Assembly: GCF_009914755.1 (NCBI RefSeq)
Contig: NC_060941.1
Origin: the human T2T-CHM13v2.0 reference genome, Homo sapiens
DNA length: 64,000 nucleotides
Reading direction: 5' to 3' (one strand)
Part shown: one piece after another, positions 21,783 to 43,422 of the stretch
How positions within the stretch are numbered: position 1 is the first letter of the stretch
Layout: every line of letters begins with the position of its first letter
Position numbers and translations under genes: made by a program
The notes under the pieces: generated by a model
What the model was told of the DNA's origin: nothing
The model's database searches: none
What the model saw: the letters and a program-made list of their open reading frames with translations, nothing else

Positions 21783-22429
21783 TACTGAGGCCCTAAAAAT
21801 CCTCTCTGGAAAGTGTGCGGGGGCCACAGATCTGTGGTTGTGTCTCAGGCACATCCTCAGCCTTGGCAAAATAAACCTCTAAATGGGCGAGACTTGTCTC
21901 AGACACTTACCCGGTTTACAATACCTTTTCATATTGTTTTCATTTTTGAACCATGTGGCTCTATTGCTTTATATAAAGAGGATGAGGCAAGGGCACTTCT
22001 TTATTATCATTGAAGTCAGAGTAAATTTACTATTGATTTCCCCTGAGGTTGGGGTAAGAACTCTTAGAACAAACAGGGAAACTTCTCAACTCTTACCCTG
22101 AATTTCAACGGACACGTTGGAGGTCTCCTGAAAACTCTGGCTGCTAAGTCACAGCGGCACTGAGTGGCAGGTGAGAGAGCCAGAAAGCCACATGAAGGAG
22201 CACTCACCGTCCCTAGGTTTGTTAATTCCGGTAACATGTCAGACGGACACGGACTTCAGACAGTCCTGCAGGCTAACTAGGAGAGCTCTGGCAACACGGC
22301 CGTTCTAAGTCTTCCCGGAGATTTAACTCAAGGCACACTTGTATTTACATGTAGGCTCCACAACCCCTTGATTCAAAAAAACAACTCTGGAGAAGCTGAA
22401 GAACTTTCCAACTTCATCTGTTTGAAACA

Positions 22430-24237
<1,808 letters not shown>

Positions 24238-24631
24238 TTACCTAGAGGAGGGCCATATATATAACTTGGTTTGCTTTGAAACTCAAGACTGCTTCCCTAG
24301 GATATGGAATTCAAGCTGAATGAAAAGTTGTAGAGCTGGATGAGAATTTATTTCTCTCCGTGAAGGTATAATAGCATCACCCCTATAAGAAGATAAGCTC
24401 AAATACAACCAAAATTTCGATGCCCTACGCCCTGCCAGTAAGGGAGGAAAGCAGAGGTTACGATTTACAAGTAATTCTCTATGTGTTCTTTGGGAACCAG
24501 GATCCTCTGAGTCAATCCCTTCCAATCTCCTAAGTTTATTTTTAAAAATCTGAACCTGGCCACCACTTTACATGATGAGACTTAGAGACTGGTATCACAG
24601 CTTGATTTCAGAAGCTTACTTTCAAAAAAAA

Positions 24632-24637
24632 TTTATT
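24632..24637 (-). terminator. GLOD4: GLOD4 polyadenylation signal AATAAA
   Basis: TTTATT on the + strand about 820 nt after the stop, followed on the minus strand by a T-run. Confidence 0.75.
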
Positions 24638-25458
24638 CAATGAATACACAATATAATTCCATTTCGAGTGATTAAAACCTATTTGTTGTTTAGAACCAAA
24701 CAAAACTACAAGAAAACATTTTCAAAACCTTTTTTTTCAGGCTGAAGAAATCGTTTAATCCATTTTAAAGAAATCTCACATGATGTTCTGTCGGGATTAA
24801 AAATATACACGGAAAAAAATAAAACAAAATATATACACAGAAAGAAGCTCGCACAGAGTCAGGCGTGCAGCAACGTCACACACTCATTCCTTTCTGTTTC
24901 CTCTGGACACTCAAAATGTGAAAGCAAGTAAGAGGGGGGTGGTTAACCAAACCTTTTGGTCCAAGGAATAAAATTTCTTTAAAAAATTTAAAACGTCAAA
25001 ACCTGCCAGAATAAGACAATAGAAGAGCGTATCGTCAGGCGCTGGGAATGGCACCACGACAAGGCATTAATGTGGATTCACTTGCACAGCTGCTCTCATA
25101 AAAGCTACACGATTCAGAGGTAACCCTAACTATCCGCAATCCCAACCAAAGTCATGTTCATGCCGCTGTCCTAGTCTGGACAATCATCTGTCACTCATCC
25201 AACACAGTTATATACAGAATGCGCAGTCCCAGCAACAGTGTAGATTACAGCAGGCGTTCTCTACCTGGACTCATGATTGGATTTCATTTCTAAATTACAT
25301 CAGAGCTTTCAAAGATTGAAATACACAAATCTGCACTACCCAAGCCTCCTTGCCTGTACGGGAAACAAATCAGAAGAGCATTTATTGGGAACTGACACGT
25401 CAGGCCTCACAGGTGCTGGGCAGGAATCACAGAGGCTTGCTCTGCATCATGTCTTCCG

Positions 25459-25524
25459 TTAACCTGAAGCTTTGGGTTTATTGTGTTTGGCAAACCACTC
25501 GTCACTTTTATCTGCTGCCATTGC
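25459..25524 (-). CDS. GLOD4: GLOD4 exon 9 (last coding exon)
   Basis: tttacAG|GCA...; [21 protein letters not shown], 66 nt. Confidence 0.95.
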
Positions 25525-26092
25525 CTGTAAAATAGAAATAGAATATACACTGACTCCAAGCCTGAAAAACAAAAGACATAGCCCACTTTATATCTCACTG
25601 TACTGACCACAATAAAAAAAATTAACATTAAAAAAAGGACCCAAACCCCCGCTCCAAAAAAAAGAGAAGAGAAATAAAAAAAATTTTTTAACATTTAAAG
25701 AGTATTAATCCAGTACAGAGTGTTATGTTCAATAAGGCAAGAGATACTGGTGATAATGAGCAACTGTGGATCCTCACTCGGCAGAGTCAAGGGCAAACCA
25801 AGCCTGTAGCCAGGAAGTGTGGCTGGCGGACCAACGAGGTCAGGGACCCGCATGCCAGGCGGTAGGATCTCTGGTAAAAGAGCAAGTCCTGCCACTCACA
25901 GCATCTGGGCAGACGCTCAAGAATCTTTAGTGTCATGAAACTCAGTCTGATAGTGAGGCCAAATATGAAACTCTACGTGATGTTTTAGTGATGAAGCCTG
26001 GAATGATTCCTTTTTCGTAAGTCTCCTCCCGGCCTACTCTTCTGATGTTGGTTCTGTTTAGTTTGGGCATCTTAATTAAAAAGGAAGCCTTA

Positions 26093-32216
<6,124 letters not shown>

Positions 32217-32654
32217 TCAGGATAAAATGTATAAAGACTGTATTTTCTATACATTGCCTGCTTTAACGTTAATTGTGCATCTACTATTATGTCAGTAATT
32301 TGCCAAGCTCTATAAACCATAACAATCTTATGAGATAGATCCTCTTATTTTCTGAAATTTTTGGATAAGAAGACTAAAGTTCAAAGAATTTAAGTCAACT
32401 GTTTAAGGTCAGTCACAGAGTTACGTGACAGAACCAAGAAAGACCAATTTGTTCCTTTAATCATTCAACAAAGTATTTGCAGAACGTCTAGTACATGCCA
32501 GGTATGTGCTAGGAGCTAGGATCCAACAACTACTTTGAATGCTTCTGAATTACTGAGTTTGATGAGAATCTAAAAGTAGTTGCTATATTTGGCAAGAAAC
32601 AAAAGCACTTCACTGAGTAACAAGAGCCAGTGCAAAACAGACTGAAGTGAAAAT

Positions 32655-35433
32655 GGGAGGCGAGAAAGAGAAACAGTGCACACTCAGATTTTTAGAAGAA
32701 GAAATCTGGAGAGGACGTAAGAGGGAGAAACAGCGCGCACTCAGATTTTTAGAGAAGAAATCTGGAGAGGACGTAAGAGAGAGAAACAGCGCACACTCAG
32801 ATTTTTAGAAGAAGAAATCTAGAGAGGACGTGAGAGAGAGAAACAGCACGCACTCAGATTTTTAGAAGAAGAAATCTGGAGAGGACGTGAGAGAGAGAAA
32901 CAGCGCGCATTCAGATTTTTAGAAGAAGAAATCTGGAGAGGACGTAAGAGAGGGAAACAGCGCGCACTCAGATTTTTAGAAGAAATCTGGAGAGGATGTG
33001 AGAGAGAGAAACAGCGCGCACTCAGATTTTTAGAAGAAATCTGGAGAGTATGTGAGAGAGAAACAGCGCGCACTCAGATTTTTAGAAGAAGAAATCTGGA
33101 GAGGACGTAAGAGAGAGAAACAGCGCGCACTCAGATTTTTAGAAAAAATCTGGAGAGGACGTAAGAGAGAGAAACAGCGCGCACTCAGATTTTTAGAAGA
33201 AATCTGGAGAGGACGTGAGAGAGAGAAACAGCGCGCACTCAGATTTTTAGAAGAAGAAATCTGGAGAGGACGTGAGAGAGAGAAACAGCGCGCACTCAGA
33301 TTTTTAGAAGAAGAAATCTGGAGAGGATGTGTGAGAGAGAAACAGCGTGCACTCAGATTTTTAGAAGAAATCTGGAGAGGACGTGAGAGAGAGAAACGGC
33401 GCACACTCAGATTTTTAGAAGAAGAAATCTGGAGAGGATGTGTGAGAGAGAAACAGCGCGCACTCAGATTTTTAGAAGAAATCTGGAGAGGATGTGAGAG
33501 AGAGAAACAGGGCGCACTCAGATTTTTAGAAGAAGAAATCTGAAGAGGACGTGAGAGAGAGAAACAGCGCGCACTCAGATTTTTAGAAGAAGAAATCTGG
33601 AGAGGACGTAAGAGAGAGAAACAGCGCGCGCTCAGATTTTTAGAAGAAATCTGGAGAGGACATAAGAGGGAGAAACAGCGCGCACTCAGATTTTTAGAAG
33701 AAATCTGGAGAGGACGTGAGAGAGAGAAACAGCGCGCACTCAGATTTTTAGAAGAAATCTGGAGAGGATGTGAGAGAGAGAAACAGCGCGCACTCAGATT
33801 TTTAGAAGAAGAAGTCTGGAGAGGACGTGAGAGAGAGAAACAGCGCGCACTCAGATTTTTAGAAGAAGAAATCTGGAGAGGATGTGTGAGAGAGAAACAG
33901 CGTGCACTCAGATTTTTAGAAGAAATCTGGAGAGGACGTGAGAGAGAGAAACGGCGCACACTCAGATTTTTAGAAGAAGAAATCTGGAGAGGATGTGTGA
34001 GAGAGAAACAGCGCGCACTCAGATTTTTAGAAGAAATCTGGAGAGGATGTGAGAGAGAGAAACAGGGCGCACTCAGATTTTTAGAAGAAGAAATCTGAAG
34101 AGGACGTGAGAGAGAGAAACAGCGCGCGCTCAGATTTTTAGAAGAAGAAATCTGGAGAGGACGTAAGAGAGAGAAACAGCGCGCGCTCAGATTTTTAGAA
34201 GAAATCTGGAGAGGACATGAGAGGGAGAAACAGCGCGCACTCAGATTTTTAGAAGAAATCTGGAGAGGACGTGAGAGAGAGAAACAGCGCGCACTCAGAT
34301 TTTTAGAAGAAATCTGGAGAGGACGTGAGAGAGAGAAACAGCGCGCACTCAGATTTTTAGAAGAAGAAGTCTGGAGAGGACGTGAGAGAGAGAAACAGCG
34401 CGCACTCAGATTTTTAGAAGAAGAAATCTGGAGAGGACGTGAGAGGGAGAAACAGCGCGCACTCAGATTTTTAGAGGAAGAAATCTGGAGAGGACGTGAG
34501 AGAGAAACAGCGCGCACTCAGATTTTTAGAAGAAATCTGGAGAGGACGTGAGAGAGAGAAACAGCGCACACTCAGATTTTTAGAAGAAATCTGGAGAGGA
34601 CGTGAGAGAGAGAAACAGCGCGCACTCAGATTTTTAGAAGGAGAAATCTGGAGAGGACGTGAGAGAGAGAAACAGTGCGCACTCAGATTTTTAGAAGGAG
34701 AAATCTGGAGAGGACGTGAGAGAGAGAAACAGCGCACACTCAGATTTTTAGAAGAAATCTGGAGAGGATGTGAGAGAGAGAAACAGCGCGCACTCAGATT
34801 TTTAGAAGAAGAAATCTGGAGAGGACGTGAGAGAGAGAAACAGCGCGCACTCAGATTTTTAGAAGAAATCTGGAGAGGATGTGAGAGAGAGAAACAGCGC
34901 ACACTCAGATTTTTAGAAGAAATCTGGAGAGGACGTGAGAGAGAGAAACAGCGCGCACTCAGATTTTTAGAAGAAATCTGGAGAGGACGTGAGAGAGAGA
35001 AACAGCGCACACTCAGATTTTTAGAAGAAATCTGGAGAGGACGTGAGAGAGAGAAACAGCGCGCACTCAGATTTTTAGAAGAAGAAATCTGGAGAGGATG
35101 TGAGAGAGAGAAACAGTGCGCACTCAGATTTTTAGAAGGAGAAATCTGGAGAGGACGTGAGAGAGAGAAACAGCGCACACTCAGATTTTTAGAAGAAATC
35201 TGGAGAGGATGTGAGAGAGAGAAACAGCGCGCACTCAGATTTTTAGAAGAAGAAATCTGGAGAGGACGTGAGAGAGAGAAACACCGCGCACTCAGATTTT
35301 TAGAAGAAATCTGGAGAGGATGTGAGAGAGAGAAACAGCGCGCACTCAGATTTTTAGAAGAAGAAATCTGGAGAGGATGTGAGAGAGAGAAACAGTGCGC
35401 ACTCAGATTTTTAGAAGGAGAAATCTGGAGAGG
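32655..35433. repeat. 54/57 bp VNTR, about 50 copies, in GLOD4 intron 8
   Basis: Unit GAAATCTGGAGAGGACGTGAGAGAGAGAAACAGCGCGCACTCAGATTTTTAGAA(GAA); unit length divisible by 3 gives long repeat ORFs on both strands. Confidence 0.98.
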
Positions 35434-35559
35434 AGATATGGGGTCAGTAAAAGGTTTTTAAAGGATGGGAGCTTTCAGCGCCTGTTTGCACGCTGGCGAG
35501 AATAACTCACTGGAAAGAAGAGACTGATGCTGCAGAATGGAGAAGAGATGATCAAAGGA

Positions 35560-36050
35560 GCTGCAGAGCTGAGGGGATCAGATGGAGGCATCTCCCTGGG
35601 GAGAGCTGAGGGGAACGGATGGAGGCATCTCCATGGGGAGAGCTGAGGGGGTCAGATGGAGGCATCTCCACGGGGAGAGCTGAGGGGATGGGATGGAGGC
35701 ATCTCCATGGGGAGAGCTGAGGGGAACGGATGGAGGCATCTCCATGGCAAGAGCTGAGGGGATGGGATGGAGGCATCTCCATGCGGAGAGCTGAGGGGAA
35801 CGGATGGAGGCATCTCCATGGGGAGAGCTGAGGGGGTCGGATGGAGGCATCTCCCTGGCGAGAGCTGAGGGGAACGGATAGAGGCATCTCCATGGGGAGA
35901 GCTGAGGGGGTCAGATGGAGGCATCTCCATGCAGAGAGCTGAGGGGGTCGGATGGAGGCATCTCCATGGGGAGAGCTGAGGGGGTCGGATGGAGGCATCT
36001 CCATGGGGAGAGCTGAGGGGGTCGGATAGAGGCATCTCCATGTGGAGAGC
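35560..36050. repeat. 37 bp G-rich minisatellite, about 13 copies, in GLOD4 intron 8
   Basis: Unit GATGGAGGCATCTCCATGGGGAGAGCTGAGGGGGTCG. Confidence 0.95.
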
Positions 36051-36304
36051 AGAATAAGCACAGATCCACCAGCAGTGGTTCCAGGGCAGCCTGAGGTTGT
36101 GGTAAGGCACAAATGCTAAGTCTAGACAAGCAGTCTACACAGGTGGCAGTGAAGACATCGGTCCTTGGCTGAGGTCAACCCAACAGCGAAAGGACGTGGT
36201 TCTGACATTAAGAACCTGGACCCTGTTGCTTAGTCTCCTCCCACACACACTTAATGCCATCCCTCTCAGGCCCATGGTGACATAAATGTAGAAATGGGAC
36301 TCAC

Positions 36305-36391
36305 ATCATCCAACAATTTGCTTCCCTCTGGATCCATCTTAGAAAGTTCTCGAAATGCTTCATCCCCGACAAAGCAAATTTCATGTCCGTC
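36305..36391 (-). CDS. GLOD4: GLOD4 exon 8
   Basis: AG/GT flanked, 87 nt, [29 protein letters not shown]. Confidence 0.96.
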
Positions 36392-36479
36392 CTACACCAA
36401 TAAAGAGAAAAGACACCTGCCAAAGACATCCTTGAAGAAACCCCTGGTCCAGCCTGCCCCCTGCCTGAGAAATACTTAC

Positions 36480-36593
36480 AGGGTCGGCCAGAATGACCAC
36501 CTGTACTGTTGCTTTCCCTGGGGTGTCCAGGCTCACCAGGGGAGTCAGAATCTTCTGGTTCTCCCTTTTCATCAAGTCTTCTAAGTCTGGCAA
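36480..36593 (-). CDS. GLOD4: GLOD4 exon 7
   Basis: 114 nt [38 protein letters not shown] with GTAAGT donor; forms the VOC DPDG motif with exon 8. Confidence 0.96.
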
Positions 36594-36856
36594 CTTGAGG
36601 AAAACAGAGGCAACGTGAGCCAGGGGTCACACACTACTCAGGACACGGCCCTCGTCAGTCCTAGAGGAGTATCAGATACCATAAAGAACCAAGGCGCCAT
36701 TTGTTTGAATTTATTATCTCAGCTGCTCTTGAAACAACTGCTGAACTTGATACTAAAGCCACAATCAAAAAGGACCTCAAGAAGGGAAGGACAAAGTTCT
36801 TAGCTGGGTTGAACTAGCTAGTCAGAAAGCTCAAACGATCTGGTATCAAGCGTTAC

Positions 36857-36943
36857 CTCTTTCTGGGGGCAAGAGAAGGCAATTCTTCCAAAAGCTGCTG
36901 CATGGTCCACCCCACCCTTGACGCCCTGTAGCTCCAGCTTACA
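36857..36943 (-). CDS. GLOD4: GLOD4 exon 6
   Basis: 87 nt [33 protein letters not shown] flanked. Confidence 0.96.
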
Positions 36944-37760
36944 CTGAAATAGGAAAGGGGGTTATTTTTTGGAACAGGTTATACATTCATTACACGTATG
37001 TGGTAGAAAAATTCAAATATTATATACTAAAGGAATAAAGTAAAAACTGAGTCTCTATCCTACTCTCACCCCAGAGACAACTAGTCCACAGTTTCCTGTG
37101 TATCCTTCTAGAAGCACTGCACGCATCTATGTTTTTTTTTTTACACAAATGGTGGTATAATTTACAAATTATTCTGTTCCTTGTTTTTCTCCACTTAATG
37201 TTACCATGTCAATACATAAAGATTTGCCTCAATCTTTTTGCTAGCGACATAGTAATCCATTCCATGAATGAGCCGTAAATTACTGAAATATGTCTCTAAT
37301 CTATAGGACACTGAAATTCTTACACATTGTGATTACAGACAATGCTGCAGCAGATAACCTTGCACACACTTCTTTGTGCCGATGTATGTTGAGCACATCT
37401 GTAAAATAATTCCTAGGAGTAGAATTGCAGGGTCAAAGTGCAAGGACTAAATCGTGCTCAAACGCTGGGTTATTAGAAAAAGAAGATGAAAAAGATCTTG
37501 CATTAAATCCATTCAATCTCTTGGATTAAGCAATTCCACTTCTGAAGAGATATATCCCCAAATATAAACAAGGTAATATCTGGGTGGTAAGGTTATCACT
37601 TATTTTCTTCTGTTTATCTATATAAATATTGAATCACTGTGAAGAAACTATGGGAACAACCTTCATGTTAACTTCATTTATAAAGGTTATAAGCCATTTA
37701 TAAGCTTCGTTTACAAGCCAAATTCAAAGTAACAGGTTATTCTTCTCCAAGATTGCTCAC

Positions 37761-37897
37761 CTGGTTATCAGCATAGCCCAGCAAAGCCCTTTGCTTTTCT
37801 TCATCTTTTTCATAAATTTTCATTCCCAGTAGATTACACCAGTAGTTCAAGGACTTTTGAAGATCAGACACTGCTAGAGTTACTTTTAATACAGGAT
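37761..37897 (-). CDS. GLOD4: GLOD4 exon 5
   Basis: 137 nt [46 protein letters not shown] with GTGAGC donor. Confidence 0.96.
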
Positions 37898-38094
37898 CTG
37901 TTGGGTAATAAAGCAGGAATAGACAGATCAATTTAATAGAATAAAATAGAAAGACCAAAACATGCGCATGTATACTTACAAATTCAGTTTATGATAAGAA
38001 AGGGATTTTAAGCCAGTATGAAGCTGGGTGCAGCGGCCCATGCCTGTAATGCCAGCACTTTGGGAGACTGAGGTAGGAGGATTGCGTGAGCCTA

Positions 38095-38663
<569 letters not shown>

Positions 38664-41392
38664 TCATTATTCAATGGACGGCGCTAAGAAGACTGGCTAA
38701 TCATTTGGTAAGAAAAACTTACATCTTCGAAATAAATGACAAAATACATTCCTGATGGGTTAAAAAAATAAGTTTAGAGAATGAAACCATGAAAATACTA
38801 GATACAGATGATTATTTATACAATTTTGGAGTAGAGGAAGATTTTTCTTTAAACCTGACACCAAAGATAGAAAAACTATGAAGAAAAAACTTCTGCTACA
38901 TAAATTACACAAAATGGAAAACTCCTAGACAACAACCAAGAAAAGGAATTACAATCAAAACTAGAGTATACAACACAGTAGGGGGAACAACTGCAATATA
39001 TTGGACAAAAAGTCCTTAATATGTAAATCACCTGTAAATATCAATAGGAAAAGAATGAACATGCTAGAAAAATAGGCAAAAGGCACAAAGCAATAATCCA
39101 CAAAACAAGGAATTAGAATGGTCAAATAACATACGAAAAAATATTCAGGCCGGGCGCGGTGGCTCACGCCTGTAATCCCAGCACTTTGGGAGGCTGAGGT
39201 GGCAGGATCATGAGGTCAGGAGATAGAGACCATCCTGGCTAACACGGTGAAACCCCGTCTCTACTAAAAATACAAAAAATTAGCCGGGCGTGCTGGCGGG
39301 CGCCTGTGGTCCCAGCTACTCAGGAGGCTGAGGCAGGAGAATGGCGTGAACCCGGGAGGCGGAGCTTGCAGTGAGCCCAGAGCGCGCCACTGCACTCTAG
39401 CCTGGGCGACAGAGCGAGACTCTGTCTCAAAAAAAAAAAAAAAATTTCAACCCGACGCCCCCAAACAACAAAGAAATTAGAATTCACATAAAATCCTTTG
39501 TTAACTAATGTGCAAATAATGTTACAAGTTGGCAGTGTTAACTGTGTTAGTGTAGAGGGGAAAATCACAATCATGTAATACAAGTGTAAATCAGTACATT
39601 TCTGGGCAATAGTTTGATGGAATGTACCAAAAGCTTTAAAAAGTGCTCATTGCTTTTGAAAGAACAAGTCCATTTTCAGCCACTCCAAAGGTAATTGTGG
39701 ATGTATGAAGGGCTTTTACGACAAAGACATTCACCAGTGTTGCTTAGAACAATAAAACACTAGGAACGACATAAATATCCAACAATAGAGAATTGTTTCT
39801 CTTCCTACAATGTAATAATACGATGGAACTCCTAAAAAAGGATATACAGAAATGTATACACTTAATTATATATACGTATTTTTGACAAAAGATTGGAAAG
39901 ATATACTCTAAAATGTCAGCAGTGGTTCTCTCTGGGTACATGGGTGTGTGTGTTTTTTTTCAGCTTCTCTGCTTGTCTAAGGAAAAAACTTGATTATTTT
40001 GTAAAAAGAATAAAAGTCATATTGAAACACCTACTGTTACTGGAAACTTTTCACATTGTAAAGTGACTTTCTAAAGAGCTGTTCCACGTCTCCATCTGAC
40101 TACGATAAATTCAGTACATTTTTCTTTGGCTTTACTGCCTTAGTCCTGTTTGCTAGAACAGCAATATTGGGATTAAGACGCTGTTTCTCACAAGTGCCTC
40201 CGCCTGGCAGGCTCCATTTTTTTCTTTCCATTTACTTCAAAATCAACAAATCCCAGTTGACTTGGAGCCTGAAGGGACGCAGGACAGGAAGTTAACGCGT
40301 GGGTGAAGCTGCACAGAAGTGGGTAATTCAAAGGAAAGATGAATGCCAGCCGGACAGAAGGTCTGACCACATTGTCAACCAGAAATGCCCAAGGGGATTT
40401 CCATTCCAAAGAACAAAAGCTTCTTAGCACCATGGGGCTCTCTATTATTTTAAGCACTGAAATATCACTAAGGCTGGAGAGAAAAAATGGATGGTGGAGC
40501 TAGCTGCAAGCGTTAAGTTTTAAAGTCAGCAAAGGATCAATCACCTATCAACAAAAAAACACCATCAACACCCTTTAAATCACCAGTGAGGCAGAGAAAC
40601 ACCATCTCTCCACGAGTCCCACACAGCCAAGTCTAGCCTCCCACACTGGAACAGACGGATCTTTCTTTTGCTGAGCACCGGATGATAAACAAGGAGCACT
40701 GAACATTCTACAGACTCAGCATGGGGGCATCGGGGACAGGAGGCCGACCAGTGAAGAAGGAGAATTTCCAGGACTCCCTTCTCAGGCCCACTTGCAGGCA
40801 TACGTTCACCAAGTAAGGGAGTCGGCACAAGTGCCCTTGCCATTCGCCAGCATTTTCCCCGTTTTTGCTTTTGTTTTGTCAGAGCAGGTAGCTGAATTTG
40901 CAGGCATTAAATACAAAATGAAACACTGATGAGGCTGCCTCTGCAGTCAACAAAACAAACCCTGCAAAGTTTCCTTCTTGTTCTGTGTGGCAGTCAGCGT
41001 GGGGGCTCCTCACTTCCATGCCATCCCTGAGTACCCACGCTCAAGTCTGGGAAACTGACCTCGGCTCCAGAGGAGGCATGGCTAAATGGTTTGGGGGTGA
41101 TCCTATTTCTCTTGCCAGTGATTGGTTTAGGAGCAGGCACAGTATATCAAATCTGAACAGGAAGTTTGCTGGAAGATTCTAGGAAAGTTTTTCTTCTGCT
41201 CCTAAAAAGAAAGCAAAAAGGGCCGGGCACGGTGGTTCACGCCTGTCACCCCAGCACTTTGGGAGGCTGAGGCAGGCGGATCAAGTGAGGTCAGAAGTTC
41301 AAGACCAGCCTGGACAATATAGTGAAACCCTGTCTCTACTAAAAATACAAAAATGAGCTGGGCGTGGTGGCATGTGCCTGTAATCTCAGCTA

Positions 41393-41874
<482 letters not shown>

Positions 41875-42208
41875 CTAACCTTGAAATCTTTCCCACCTAT
41901 AGAATGCCTGCTCTGTGAGCTAAAAGATTCTATAACTGTTCAAAGTAGTTGGGTTTTCTGTTATTTACAGATGAAAGAATCATAAATCACTACATTACCA
42001 GTAGAACAGAACTAGTCTAGATCCCCTACTGCTATGTATTTAAGTTCTGATATGAGAATGTAGTCTCTCCGATAACAGGTAAAAGCACTGGCTGGGGAAG
42101 ACACGTCACGTGAACACAGACTCTACAAAAAAAAGACAGGCAGCCCTCACTCTCCTTTCACCAAAGATGCCTTTAGACAGAGGCTTTTACTGGTTCTGGT
42201 ATAATTAC

Positions 42209-42353
42209 CTGACTGAGGCAGACTGCGATTCTGCAAATAGAACTTATATCCTCCCGGGGCCTCGGTTTCAAAAACACCTTCTGCAACTTCCGTCAGTGGC
42301 CACTCCAGCTTCCTGGCGTTGCTGACAGCCTGGCTAGAAGCGAGCGTGATTCC
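42209..42353 (-). CDS. GLOD4: GLOD4 exon 4
   Basis: 145 nt [52 protein letters not shown] flanked. Confidence 0.96.
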
Positions 42354-43301
42354 CTACAACAAACAACAGTACATCCAAGTACATGATCACAACAGATATT
42401 TTACAGAACAAGACAATGAGCCCAACCCCTATTGCCTACTGCCTTTAGGTAAAATCACCTAAGATTTAACTGGCATCCAACATTTTCTTCTAGTGATTTA
42501 AAAACAGGTTTTCAATGTTTTATCCCACAAACATTCAGACCTTTGTGAATAATAGGACAGAAATTGAAATGCCAGTGAAGTCTGATTCATTTAACACCAA
42601 AGATAACGTCTTCTAATTCTAAAGATCTAGCCACAGAAATCTTGATGTTACCTGGGTCTGCCAGCTAGCTACCTATTTAAGGTGACCTGTTCTTGCTTTT
42701 TTAACAAACAAAACAAAAATAAGCAAACTATCAAGGTTTCCTTACATTTAATCAAAGTGCCTAGAAATGTACACGTGTGCTTTGAGAAGACCAGCCTTGT
42801 TTCTGGCTCGGTTTATTATAATGGCCTCTCTGCCTCCAGTCTTGTAAATCCATTACCCACTCTGCAGCCAAAGTAAACTTTCCAAAACGCATCCTATAGT
42901 CCACCCCCAGACTGCAGCCAGCCTTGTTTTCCCTTTGCTCAAAGTCCGCCAATGGCTCATTTCACTCGGTGACTTACGGCCTAGGAGGCCCCCTGCAGTC
43001 TTACCCCATGGCACTGCCGACCCCATCTCTTACCACGCTCCCCTCTCGTTCTCTATTCCAGCCACACTGGCTTCCTTACACCTCCTCGAACACGCCAGAT
43101 GTTACCTGACGGCTCTTGCCAGAATATTCTCTGCCTGGAACGCGCATCCCCCAGATATCCACGTGGCTAACTCCCTGACCTCTTTTGAGTCTCTGCTCAA
43201 ATGTTATCTCTTCACTCACACACACCCTTGGCACTCTACTCAAATTTACAACCAGCCACCTACCCCCAGCCAAAACTCTGCTAGAAAAAAACGGTATTTA
43301 C

Positions 43302-43422
43302 CATAAAGTCATTGCCAAGCTTGTAGTCTCCGACGCCATAATTGTAAGTCAGTTCTGCGACAAAATGATCATCCTCAGGCCCAAATCCCACCATTGTTTT
43401 ACTCCATTTCCCATCATAAGGC
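43302..43422 (-). CDS. GLOD4: GLOD4 exon 3
   Basis: 121 nt [40 protein letters not shown] (glyoxalase ELTYN motif). Confidence 0.96.

Larger units (their letters stand above)
20274..21920 (+). mobile_element. MER4-family (ERV1) solo LTR, interrupted by a VNTR and a nested LTR
   Basis: TG...CA termini (TGTGAAAGGAAAATAAAATCTTGGGACC...GGTTTACA); 4-bp TSD ATAC at 20270-20273 and 21921-21924; AATAAA near the 3' end; family from recall. Confidence 0.8.

Noticed and set aside
33030-35461. Stand-alone 495-, 321- and 235-aa repeat proteins
   Set aside because: They begin at GTG codons without promoter evidence; openness follows from unit lengths divisible by 3. Kept only as a possible spliced GLOD4 extension
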